The notes under the pieces were generated by a model, which had not been told where the DNA came from, made no database searches, and was given only the letters and a program-made list of their open reading frames with translations. From assembly GCA_019058295.1 (NCBI GenBank), contig JAHPZI010000022.1:26586-90585 (forward strand): 64,000 nt of DNA. Direction: 5' to 3'. How positions within the stretch are numbered: position 1 is the stretch's first letter; every line of letters begins with the position of its first letter. Source of the DNA: Promethearchaeota archaeon. GTDB taxonomy: Archaea > Asgardarchaeota > Lokiarchaeia > Sigyniarchaeales > SOKP01. Shown one piece after another: positions 6,242-14,671 of the stretch. A program made the position numbers and the translations under genes.

Positions 6242-6262
6242 AAAAGCATTGGAAATAATCGT

Positions 6263-6337
6263 GCGGGATTCATCTAGCGGTCAGGATCATCGCCTTCCAA
6301 GTGATTCACGGGTGTTCAAATCGCCCATCCCGCACCA
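6263..6337 (+). tRNA. tRNA-Gly(UCC); CCA encoded
   Basis: Acceptor GCGGGAT/ATCCCGC, D-stem ATCT/GGAT, loop CTTCCAA, T-arm GGGTG-TTCAAAT-CGCCC, A73, then CCA. Confidence 0.85.
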
Positions 6338-6342
6338 ATAAA

Positions 6343-6420
6343 GGCACTGTGGCCAAGTTTGGACAAGGCAGCTTCCTTGTAAGTAGCCGAGCGGGGGTTC
6401 GAATCCTCCCAGTGCCTCCA
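6343..6420 (+). tRNA. tRNA-Thr(UGU); CCA encoded
   Basis: Acceptor GGCACTG/CAGTGCC, loop CTTGTAA, anticodon stem GCTTC/GTAGC with one mismatch, T-arm GGGGG-TTCGAAT-CCTCC, U73, then CCA. Confidence 0.8.
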
Positions 6421-6429
6421 GTAAAATAG

Positions 6430-6505
6430 GCATGCGTGGCTGAAAAGTTGAGGCGGGAGACTGCAGATCTCCTCTATGCAGGTGCAAGTCCTGCCGCGTG
6501 CTCCA
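6430..6505 (+). tRNA. tRNA-Cys(GCA); CCA encoded
   Basis: Acceptor GCATGCG/CGCGTGC, anticodon stem GGAGA/TCTCC, loop CTGCAGA, U73 (Cys identity element), T-arm GCAGG-TGCAAGT-CCTGC (G at position 55), then CCA. Confidence 0.8.
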
Positions 6506-6510
6506 ATCAA

Positions 6511-6585
6511 GCCCCTGTCATCTAGTAAGGTCAAGGATCCATGATTCTCAATCATGAAACGCAGATTCAAATTCTGCCAGGGGTA
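6511..6585 (+). tRNA. tRNA-Glu(CUC)
   Basis: Acceptor GCCCCTG/CAGGGGT (G1:U72), anticodon stem CATGA/TCATG, loop TTCTCAA, T-arm GCAGA-TTCAAAT-TCTGC. Confidence 0.8.
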
Positions 6586-6590
6586 TAAAT

Positions 6591-6665
6591 GCTTCCATGG
6601 TGTAGCTAGGTCAAGCATCGTAGGTTTTCACCCTGCGGACTCGGGTTCGAATCCCGATGGAAGCA
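6591..6665 (+). tRNA. tRNA-Glu(UUC)
   Basis: Acceptor GCTTCCA/TGGAAGC, anticodon stem GTAGG/CCTGC, loop TTTTCAC, T-arm TCGGG-TTCGAAT-CCCGA. Confidence 0.85.
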
Positions 6666-6675
6666 CTCATTAAAT

Positions 6676-6749
6676 GGGAGGGTAATCTAGCATGGAAGGA
6701 TCCTCGCTTTGGAAGCGAGATGTCGGGAGTTCAAATCTCCTCTCTCCCA
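6676..6749 (+). tRNA. tRNA-Pro(UGG)
   Basis: Acceptor GGGAGGG/CTCTCCC, anticodon stem CTCGC/GCGAG, loop TTTGGAA, T-arm GGGAG-TTCAAAT-CTCCT. Confidence 0.85.
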
Positions 6750-6756
6750 TTTTAAT

Positions 6757-7680
6757 TTAAACAAAAGCATCTAAACATGTTTGATTTTTAACTACTTGAA
6801 TCCTCTTATTTGCGAGTTCAATGTATTCCTTTGAGATTTCATATCCTACATAATGTCGTTTTAGTTTTAAGGCAGCAATTGCAGTTGTACCTGAACCTAT
6901 AAAAGGATCTAATATTACATCTCCCTCAAAGGAATAAATCTCAATTAAACGACGAGGCAATTCTTCTGGAAATGGAGCAGGATGCCCTATTTTTTTGGCT
7001 GAATCTGCTGGAAAATTCCAAATAGATTTTGACCATTCAACGAAATCTTCCTTTTTTATCGTATTTACTTTGTTTCCTTTTTCAAGTCTATTTGAAAGTT
7101 TTGAGAATACTAATATATACTCGTGTATATCTCTGAGACAAGGATTACTTGCCGAAGCGAAAGATCCCCAAGCGGTTGAAACACCGGCTGATGCTCCCTT
7201 ATTCCAAATGATTTCGCCGCGCATATGAAAACCAATTTGATGCATTATTTCAATAATATATGCGTGTAATGGAATGTATGGTTTCCGCCCAACATTTGCA
7301 ATATTTATTGCAGCTCTACCTCCAGGTACTAAAACTCTCCAAGTTTCTTTAAGAACATCTTCAAGTAATTTTAAATATTCAACAAGAGTCAAATTATCAT
7401 CATAATCTTTTCCAACGCCATAAGGAGGACTGGTTATCATTAGATGTACTGAATTATCAGGTAATAAGTCTATTTTGCGACTATCTCCTTGAATTATCTG
7501 ATCTAAAGCTTTTTTTGGAATTTTATCTGAATTATCAACGTATTTAACTTTTTGTAGTTTGTTTAAACCTTTATATAAATTTGAATTATAAAAGAGAGAT
7601 GAATCGTGGTTTTCCCGTTTTGAAACTCCAAAAGAACTAGTTTTTGTACCTTTTTTTGGAGTTTCCTTTTTATTTACCAT
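6757..7680 (-). CDS. DNA methyltransferase, beta-class N4-cytosine/N6-adenine type (apparently orphan)
   Basis: 307 aa. Motif IV is ITSPPYGVG, followed by the C-terminal AdoMet motif I LDPFIGSGTTAIAA. This order (IV before I) is typical of beta-class amino-MTases. No nuclease-like neighbour is present. Confidence 0.8.
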   Translation of the reverse strand: MVNKKETPKKGTKTSSFGVSKRENHDSSLFYNSNLYKGLNKLQKVKYVDNSDKIPKKALDQIIQGDSRKIDLLPDNSVHLMITSPPYGVGKDYDDNLTLVEYLKLLEDVLKETWRVLVPGGRAAINIANVGRKPYIPLHAYIIEIMHQIGFHMRGEIIWNKGASAGVSTAWGSFASASNPCLRDIHEYILVFSKLSNRLEKGNKVNTIKKEDFVEWSKSIWNFPADSAKKIGHPAPFPEELPRRLIEIYSFEGDVILDPFIGSGTTAIAALKLKRHYVGYEISKEYIELANKRIQVVKNQTCLDAFV

Positions 7681-7774
7681 TATTAAAGAAGTAGAATAGA
7701 AGATATTTAAAACTCGATAACACCATGTTATTAAGAAAATTATGACTTAAAAAAGTAAACTTCTGGCAAGTTAT

Positions 7775-8506
7775 CTAACTAGAATCTGAGAAAATCTCTA
7801 TGAGAATGATGAAGATCCTAATTATAACGTTTATCATATCTAAGAAAATTTCTATAACTGCTAACATCCAATATCCTTCACTCACAGTCTGAGGTAATCG
7901 AGATCCATCCCAGAGGATAACACCAAAAAGCCAGATTAAAACAAGAATGCTAGTAATTATTAATATTGGATTGGAACCAAAAATTAATATTAGGGAGAAC
8001 TCCAAAATAATAAGAATGCCTCCAAATAAAAGTAAAGGATAGATCCATTTTATACTAATTTTATCTCTAAAAATTAAGCCCATTATTAGTAACCCAAGCG
8101 TAACCAGAAACCCAACTAAAAAAGCAATGAAAAATAAGCCCAGTACTATTTCTAATATGAAAATGGAGGAAGCCCATATAAGTAGAGTGGAACTTAACAT
8201 TCCAGAAACTAAACTAGCAAAAATAAAAATCACCATTGATAAGATATTTTGTCTTTTAAGTGCCATGATGACGGTTACTATCCATAATACAATATAAATG
8301 ATTAATAAAAAAATGATAAATCCTACTGTCATTGGTAATATAACTGGACCTACAAGACCACTAAAACCTATAGTAGTTCCAACCCATATTATCAGCCCAA
8401 TCAAGAATACAGGTAGAGTTTTATAATAAAAATCCTTACCTAATATCTTATCACCTTCCTTTCGTTTAGTTTGCGAGCTTAAAACCATCGTTTTCTTCTC
8501 CTCCAA
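7775..8506 (-). CDS. Bax-inhibitor-1/YccA (TMBIM)-like 7-TM membrane protein
   Basis: 243 aa and polytopic. The C-terminal motif AVIEIFLDMINVIIRIFIIL resembles the conserved LYLD.INLFL.LLRI end of the BI-1 family. Confidence 0.5.
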   Translation of the reverse strand: MEEKKTMVLSSQTKRKEGDKILGKDFYYKTLPVFLIGLIIWVGTTIGFSGLVGPVILPMTVGFIIFLLIIYIVLWIVTVIMALKRQNILSMVIFIFASLVSGMLSSTLLIWASSIFILEIVLGLFFIAFLVGFLVTLGLLIMGLIFRDKISIKWIYPLLLFGGILIILEFSLILIFGSNPILIITSILVLIWLFGVILWDGSRLPQTVSEGYWMLAVIEIFLDMINVIIRIFIILIEIFSDSS

Positions 8507-8645
8507 AGTCTAAATCTATTACTCTGAGAATTCATGATTTCTTTTTTAATTATGATATTAATTGTTTGAAAGATTTATTAAATATTTACAATAAATAATA
8601 AAATAAATAAAAAGATCCTTATTACTCAATAAAAAAAATTAAAAA

Positions 8646-8933
8646 CTATTTGATAATTTTTACTTTTTGTCCAAGGGCTTGACCTGGAACGCCTGCCTTC
8701 TTGAAATGAGCTCTTACAGCACCATTATTTCCATGGGCACGGCTAATTACTCCTTTTAATTCTTTACCAGTGGGAGTTACCCAGACAACAGTTCTCCCAA
8801 TCAATTTGTTTGCCTCTTTCCTTGTCTTAATATTTGGAAATACCAATATACAATGTTTTGGGTGGACTGTATGCCGACCTCGTCTATAATTTGAAATAAC
8901 GCCCGTCATACCTAATAATCCCTGGGAACTCAT
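8646..8933 (-). CDS. rpl35ae: Ribosomal protein eL33 (L35Ae)
   Basis: 95 aa. YRRGRHT..., LIGRTVVW, GKELKGVISRAHGNNGAVRAHFKKAGVPGQALGQKV closely match archaeal L35Ae sequences. Confidence 0.9.
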   Translation of the reverse strand: MSSQGLLGMTGVISNYRRGRHTVHPKHCILVFPNIKTRKEANKLIGRTVVWVTPTGKELKGVISRAHGNNGAVRAHFKKAGVPGQALGQKVKIIK

Positions 8934-9063
8934 GATTTTTTTTTTATATTTTTAATTACTATTTTTCTCGAGTAATTGTTCAAATATTTGAAAAAATAAA
9001 AAATTTTTGATTTTTAGCACCCATATATCCCATAAAATCAAAAAAAAGTATCCTTTGGTTTAA

Positions 9064-10380
9064 TCATGATTCTTGTTTAATTGGTTCTTTTCTTTTCTTA
9101 TTTATAATCAATGAAATTACAACTATCACAGCAAGAATGATAAGTATTATCATTAACATCATCCAGAATGGTATAGATTCATCACCAAAATCAATGTCAA
9201 GATCTTCATCTTCCTCCTCAGCTACTACAGCAATCGGAGGTGTCCAATAAAATAAATAAACTTGATTATCTTCACTACCTATTACCAAATATTTACCATT
9301 CGAGGAAATTGCCACGGATTTTATAATCCCTTCTGTTTCATCGATCAAGTATGGAGTCTTGCTTGATCGAACTAATAAGTAGCTTTTATTATCATTACTG
9401 CCTATAAGTATATGATTTCCGTCGGAAGAGATGGCAACTGAATTGATTGAATCACCACTAGTATACGTCCAAATTGGAGTTTTACTCGACTTACCAAATA
9501 TATACGTTTTATTATCATTACATCCTGCTGCGATATAATTCCCATCTGAAGTCATAGCTACCGATGTTATTTCACCTCCTGTTTTATATCTCCATACTGG
9601 TCCAGTCCAACCCCTATTAAAAAGATAAATTTCTTTATCATTACTGCCTGCTACAAAATCATTTCCATTTGAAGAAATTGCCACTGCTCTCACATCGCCA
9701 CTTGTTTGATATTCCATTAATGTATTATTGGAATTATCATCAAAAAGATAAATCTTATCATCTCCACATCCTACTACGATATAAGTGCTCTCTGATGAGA
9801 TTGCGATGGAATGGATTGAATCTCCAAAAGTATAATTCCATAATGGTGTAGAACTCGAATTTTTAAGAAGAGATATCATATTATAGCTACTTTCAGCAAT
9901 AATATAATTCCCATCAGATGATATTGCTACAGTATTTACATTATCTCCCATTGTATAATTCCATTTTGGTGTAGAATCAGATACATTATTAAATAAATAG
10001 GTATGATTATCATTGCTTCCTGCGATAACATAAAATTTATCCGATGAAATTGCAACAGAAGTCACGTCATCACCAGTAGTATAATTCCACATAGGTATTT
10101 TTGATTCGGAACCTGATTTATTAAATAGATATGTGTTGTTATCATTGCTTCCCGCAACAATATAAGTTCCGTCTGATGAAATCGCCACAGAATTCACATC
10201 ATCACCCGTCGTGAAATTCCATAGGAGTGTAGTACCAGATTGATGTGGGATTAAAACATTTAACTTCTTATAATTTTGAGAATGAAATGATATGTTTGTT
10301 TCAGGCAAGAAAACACAGAGTAAAAAAGTAAAAATGAGAATTGATATAAAAAAATGCCTAATATGTAATTTTTTTACCAT
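9064..10380 (-). CDS. Surface-anchored beta-propeller repeat protein
   Basis: 438 aa with an N-terminal signal/TM. About 8-9 repeats of WNYTTGDDV.SVAISSDG.YIVAGSNDN.TYLF follow. The C-terminus is an acidic stretch (EEEDEDLDIDFGDE), a TM helix and a basic tail (KKRKE). Confidence 0.65.
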   Translation of the reverse strand: MVKKLHIRHFFISILIFTFLLCVFLPETNISFHSQNYKKLNVLIPHQSGTTLLWNFTTGDDVNSVAISSDGTYIVAGSNDNNTYLFNKSGSESKIPMWNYTTGDDVTSVAISSDKFYVIAGSNDNHTYLFNNVSDSTPKWNYTMGDNVNTVAISSDGNYIIAESSYNMISLLKNSSSTPLWNYTFGDSIHSIAISSESTYIVVGCGDDKIYLFDDNSNNTLMEYQTSGDVRAVAISSNGNDFVAGSNDKEIYLFNRGWTGPVWRYKTGGEITSVAMTSDGNYIAAGCNDNKTYIFGKSSKTPIWTYTSGDSINSVAISSDGNHILIGSNDNKSYLLVRSSKTPYLIDETEGIIKSVAISSNGKYLVIGSEDNQVYLFYWTPPIAVVAEEEDEDLDIDFGDESIPFWMMLMIILIILAVIVVISLIINKKRKEPIKQES

Positions 10381-10415
10381 ATATTTTAATTTTTAATTAT
10401 TCATTTTAAAGATTT

Positions 10416-11621
10416 TTAAATATTTATTGATTTTATTGATCTTTCCCAAGCTTCTTTATTTAATATTCTAGCTTTTTGAATAAATTCTTCATTTGATATT
10501 ATTTCGTCATCCTTTATTTTAGTAACTATTTCTAGTTCAATGTTTCTTATTTCTTTTATATATTGTTCTCTTTCTGGAATGCTTTTTTTAGGTTTTTTTT
10601 TATGAGATTTAATAAATTTCGTATGTCTATTCCAAAACCAATCTGGATTGATTTTTTTATACGGTCCTGGTTTTAAAACATTCTGGTCTTCTATAGGAAA
10701 AACATAAGGTTTATAAATACTTAAACAGGGAAGAGTGGATCCCGTAAACCAATGAACTGTTTTGTTGTTTCCTTGTTTTAAGTGAGATACTTGAGAACCA
10801 GCTGATTCAAATGCTCCATGCATGCAAATTCCCGCATCATCGTGCTCTCTTAAAAAATTCATCATTAATTCTGATTTAATATTCCCTTTATTCTCAGACA
10901 ATAAATACATTGACTTACCAGGACGAGATGATATTGGAAATTTATCAGGAATATATGAATCAGAAAAAACATTTGCAAAATCAAAATTCTCATCATCATT
11001 ACAATATCCCTTTTCAATTGCATGTTGAATAATTCCTTCTCTTCTAAAATCACCTTTCCCTCTAATTGAAACATTATTTGATATTGATCTTACATCCTTA
11101 ACTCTTTCTGCCACCCACCATTCGTCAGCAGTTTCTAATACATAGGCTTCTTTAAAATCTGCAATTATATATGAGTTATGGTATAACCAATTAGGAGCTC
11201 CAAACCCACAACCTCCTCCTTGACCATACTTTTCTAATAATTTAGTTATAATTTCTAATGATTCCCGCGCATTTTTACCTCTTTCTAATCCTAATCTTAG
11301 TAGATCCATTCCTAAGAGCCCTTTTTGTCTTAATGGTTCTCTAGTATAAATTGCTTCGTTTCCTATCGCGACTCCATATTCATTACAACCACTTTCAGCG
11401 CCCCACATCCACCATGGTTGACTTAATATCACAGCAAAAGTCTCAGAGACTTGTGGAATGGAAATATAAGTACATTTTAACTCCTCTCCCTTAGAATATC
11501 GTTTTTGTGGAGCATAAGTTATTAATTGAGCCTCTGATTGGGGTCTATCGCTGTTTTTACCAAACACGACGCTTTTTCCATCAGAAGTTGAATTTCCAAG
11601 GGCTACGAGAGTATCACACAT
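10416..11621 (-). CDS. Peptidase C69 / secernin-like Ntn-hydrolase
   Basis: 401 aa. The N-terminal MCDT (Cys2 nucleophile after Met removal) and FGKNSDR motif are typical of the C69 dipeptidase/secernin family. Confidence 0.65.
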   Translation of the reverse strand: MCDTLVALGNSTSDGKSVVFGKNSDRPQSEAQLITYAPQKRYSKGEELKCTYISIPQVSETFAVILSQPWWMWGAESGCNEYGVAIGNEAIYTREPLRQKGLLGMDLLRLGLERGKNARESLEIITKLLEKYGQGGGCGFGAPNWLYHNSYIIADFKEAYVLETADEWWVAERVKDVRSISNNVSIRGKGDFRREGIIQHAIEKGYCNDDENFDFANVFSDSYIPDKFPISSRPGKSMYLLSENKGNIKSELMMNFLREHDDAGICMHGAFESAGSQVSHLKQGNNKTVHWFTGSTLPCLSIYKPYVFPIEDQNVLKPGPYKKINPDWFWNRHTKFIKSHKKKPKKSIPEREQYIKEIRNIELEIVTKIKDDEIISNEEFIQKARILNKEAWERSIKSINI

Positions 11622-11896
11622 AATTTATTCGATATTATTTCTTTAAGAAATTTATTTAAATCTATTTTAATAATTTTTTCATGATTTTAAATAATATAGA
11701 ATTAAAATTTGGTTATATATCTTCATGTAAAATCCCCTCATTTTTGTTTTTGATTTTTGTCGTAGTAATTGCTACTAACATAGGTTAATATCTCAAAATA
11801 ATTAAAGATCAAAGATCAATTATTATTTAATAAAATAAATTTCAACCTTTTTTGGAATTTAATAAGAGTTTTCAAAAAAAAAAATAATGAGAAATT

Positions 11897-13663
11897 TTGA
11901 TTGGTAATAAAAAAGTTTGGGTCTTTACATTTGAGTACGCGGGCATTGCTAAAGTAGGAGGTCTTGGTGAAGTACCAGCAAACCAAGCAAAGAATTTAGT
12001 AGATCATTTCGATCTCACTGTTTTTATTCCTTCTCATGGGCAACTCGAAAGATTAAAAAAATTTAATAAAGTATCTAGGTTACCATTTAATTGTATAGGA
12101 CAATTGGACCTTTCCCCACTTGGATTAAATGAACCAGTAAATAGTTATGAAATTTCTTTTTATAAATTAAATCTAAATGGAGTTAATATTGTTTTATTAT
12201 CTGGGGAAAACACATTTACGCAAAAATATTTAGACGATGACAGTGTCTATAATGCAGATACTTTCGCCGGAAAATTATGCCTTTATAGTATTGGAATGCG
12301 ATCTTTTATTGAATATTTAATAGATCATGAAGAAGATTTACCCAACATTGTACATATGCATGATTTTCATGTTGTAATACCATTTATAGGAATTAAGCAA
12401 GAATTAATTAAAAACGGATTAGATGTCTCTTCAATAATTACATTTCACTTACTTACATGGCCAAGATATAATATTGATTTTTACCATGCCTGTGGTATTG
12501 ACGATACTCCTATTAAAATCCTTATGGTAGATGGAAATAAATTAATGTCTATCACAGAAATATTTACCCTCTGTAAAGAGGAAGGAAAATATCATCCACC
12601 AACCGTTGAAAAAATTGGTGCCGTTGTTAGCGATTTAGTAACAACAGTAAGCCAATCCTATTTGAGATCTGATATTATTCCAAATTTAGGACAAAATCTA
12701 ATAGAATTTAAATCCAATTTTATATGGGATGGATGCGATTGGGAGTATAATGAAATATATCAAAGAGTATTTAACACTTTAGGAGCTGAAATGCATGAAG
12801 TTTTAAATATCCCTCATGAATCTCCAATAACTAGAAAAGACATGAAAAAATATTTATTAAGATATAAAATTGGCCATTTGAGGGAAAGCCCTCTAATTAA
12901 CTCATCCAAAATAATTAATGCTATAGATAAAATTGCTTTTGGAAATCCTTATATAAAAAATGGAAATGTAAAACCTTTTTCTGAGATTGGCCCTTTATTA
13001 ATCGCAACAGGGAGAATATCGCATCAGAAGGGATTTGAGACTATTTTAGAATCAATTCCTAAAATTGCTAGGGTAATTCCAGACGCAAAGATTTTATTAC
13101 TTCTCTTGCCTACTGAATATAGTTTAAATGAACTAGAGACGTACGCTAAGTATGTGAATATATATCCAGATAATTTACGAATAATTTTTGGTTTAACCGC
13201 TGAAATTTTTTATCTCGCTCATATGGCTGCGGATGTTTATGCTGTCCTTTCTCGGTGGGAGCCGTTTGGTATTAATGCCTTGGAAGCGATGTCGTCCAAA
13301 ATACCGATAATTGCAACTAAGGTTGGAGGATTACAAGAAACTGTTATTGATTTTCGGGAGGATCCTGAAAACGGCACTGGCATGTTAATTGAAAAGGATA
13401 ATACATCTCAATTTGCAGATGCTTTAATTTCCTTCTTTTTAATAGCCCAAATTTCTGAAAACGTTAAAAATGGAAAGTCTATTTATGATCCAGAAATTAT
13501 GTATTTAGTGAACGAAATTCCAGACCCAATATTGAAATCTCAAGTCTTAATCAAACCGAATTATTATGATAAAATAAAGGAGAATTGTTATAACCGAGTG
13601 AATAATAACTTTAGATGGCCTATAGTCACTAAAAAGTTAGTAGAATTATACAATCGGTCATAA
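11897..13663 (+). CDS. glgA: Glycogen/starch synthase-like glycosyltransferase (GT5/GT-B)
   Basis: 588 aa. N-terminal FEYAGIAKVGGLGEV...PSHG is the glycogen synthase signature. C-terminal RWEPFGINALEAM...KVGGLQETV is the GT-B nucleotide-sugar motif. The track start is TTG. Confidence 0.7.
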   Translation: MIGNKKVWVFTFEYAGIAKVGGLGEVPANQAKNLVDHFDLTVFIPSHGQLERLKKFNKVSRLPFNCIGQLDLSPLGLNEPVNSYEISFYKLNLNGVNIVLLSGENTFTQKYLDDDSVYNADTFAGKLCLYSIGMRSFIEYLIDHEEDLPNIVHMHDFHVVIPFIGIKQELIKNGLDVSSIITFHLLTWPRYNIDFYHACGIDDTPIKILMVDGNKLMSITEIFTLCKEEGKYHPPTVEKIGAVVSDLVTTVSQSYLRSDIIPNLGQNLIEFKSNFIWDGCDWEYNEIYQRVFNTLGAEMHEVLNIPHESPITRKDMKKYLLRYKIGHLRESPLINSSKIINAIDKIAFGNPYIKNGNVKPFSEIGPLLIATGRISHQKGFETILESIPKIARVIPDAKILLLLLPTEYSLNELETYAKYVNIYPDNLRIIFGLTAEIFYLAHMAADVYAVLSRWEPFGINALEAMSSKIPIIATKVGGLQETVIDFREDPENGTGMLIEKDNTSQFADALISFFLIAQISENVKNGKSIYDPEIMYLVNEIPDPILKSQVLIKPNYYDKIKENCYNRVNNNFRWPIVTKKLVELYNRS

Positions 13664-13670
13664 ATTCACC

Positions 13671-14582
13671 TCATATTGATTTTTTCTCTGGCAATTTATG
13701 TACTTTCTTTATTTTTAACACAATCATAGTACATGCGTTAATTATAATTATATTAGTAACCAAAAGGATAAAGCTTCCAATAGAAAGAGATAAATCTCCA
13801 TACATTAAAGCGAGACCTATATTCACAGCGGGAGGCATTAAGGCCAAAGCAATCGCAGCACCTACAAGAGTCGATTTCACAGTACCAGTAATACAGAATC
13901 CAACAGCGATACCAGCACAAATAGCGATAATGATATCAAGATAATTTGGAAAGCGTCTTGCAGCCATTTCTGAAGTAATTTGTGGGTTCTTAACCAGACA
14001 TATTGTAAGATACCCTAAAAAGATTCCAGAACAGATGGAAATTAATACACCAAAAACTTGGGCTATTGTACTATTTCTTATCATCTTACCATCACGGGTT
14101 GTAATACCGAAGGATAAACCTAGGATAGGTCCCATGAGTGGTGATATAATCATAGAAGCAATTACTATTGCGGGTGAATTTAGTATAAGTCCTGCACCTG
14201 CTACAATCGCAGATAAAATTATGAATATAAAATAATTAAAGGTAGGGTTAGCGCCTTCTTCGATATCGCTCCTTATTTCTTCTAAGGCTACTCTCTCTGG
14301 AACTCTGTCTTTTTCTTCATCAAGGGTTTCCACCAATTCTGGGATGGTCGCTTCCAAGGGTAAAATATCGATAATTCCATAATCAATTCCGATCCCTATG
14401 TTATTTAATCTATCAATTAATTCCGGTACAAAGGTTCTCCTTTGCCTTATAATAATAAGGGATTTTTTTTCCCCTTTTAATAGAATCGTATGTCTAATGT
14501 TAAGATCGTCATGTATGATTCCTAAAACTTTTTGAATAAGCTCTTTTTGCTCGTTTTTTAGCGTTATTTGTACTTGTCTTAT
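13671..14582 (-). CDS. DUF389/TIGR00341-like membrane protein; start probably upstream of track start
   Basis: The track ORF 13671..14357 begins at an internal TTG. The same frame is open to 14588 and encodes a plausible soluble N-domain (IRQVQITLKNEQKELIQKVLG...IDILPLEATIPE) with no ATG/GTG/TTG. A GGAAGTGA SD-like motif lies 6 nt before ATA at 14580-14582. Confidence 0.55.
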   Translation of the reverse strand: MRQVQITLKNEQKELIQKVLGIIHDDLNIRHTILLKGEKKSLIIIRQRRTFVPELIDRLNNIGIGIDYGIIDILPLEATIPELVETLDEEKDRVPERVALEEIRSDIEEGANPTFNYFIFIILSAIVAGAGLILNSPAIVIASMIISPLMGPILGLSFGITTRDGKMIRNSTIAQVFGVLISICSGIFLGYLTICLVKNPQITSEMAARRFPNYLDIIIAICAGIAVGFCITGTVKSTLVGAAIALALMPPAVNIGLALMYGDLSLSIGSFILLVTNIIIINACTMIVLKIKKVHKLPEKKSI

Positions 14583-14671
14583 TTTAACTCACTTCCTTAT
14601 TATTGTGCTATAATTTAATACTCACTAATATTTAAGTTTTAAAAAGTAAAAAAAAAAAGAAAATTTAGTTT

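Noticed and set aside
3751-6618. Track ORFs 3751..3984, 4659..4910, 5768..5971, 5925..6242, 6287..6487 and 6316..6618
   Set aside because: They lie entirely across tightly packed tRNA genes. Their open frames are a by-product of GC-rich tRNA sequence, not coding regions.
3718-7680. tRNA array plus methyltransferase as part of an integrated virus or mobile element
   Set aside because: No integrase, transposase, capsid/terminase-like genes or obvious flanking direct repeats are visible. The neighbours are ordinary chromosomal genes (eL33, BI-1). A mobile origin remains only a hypothesis within the array finding.
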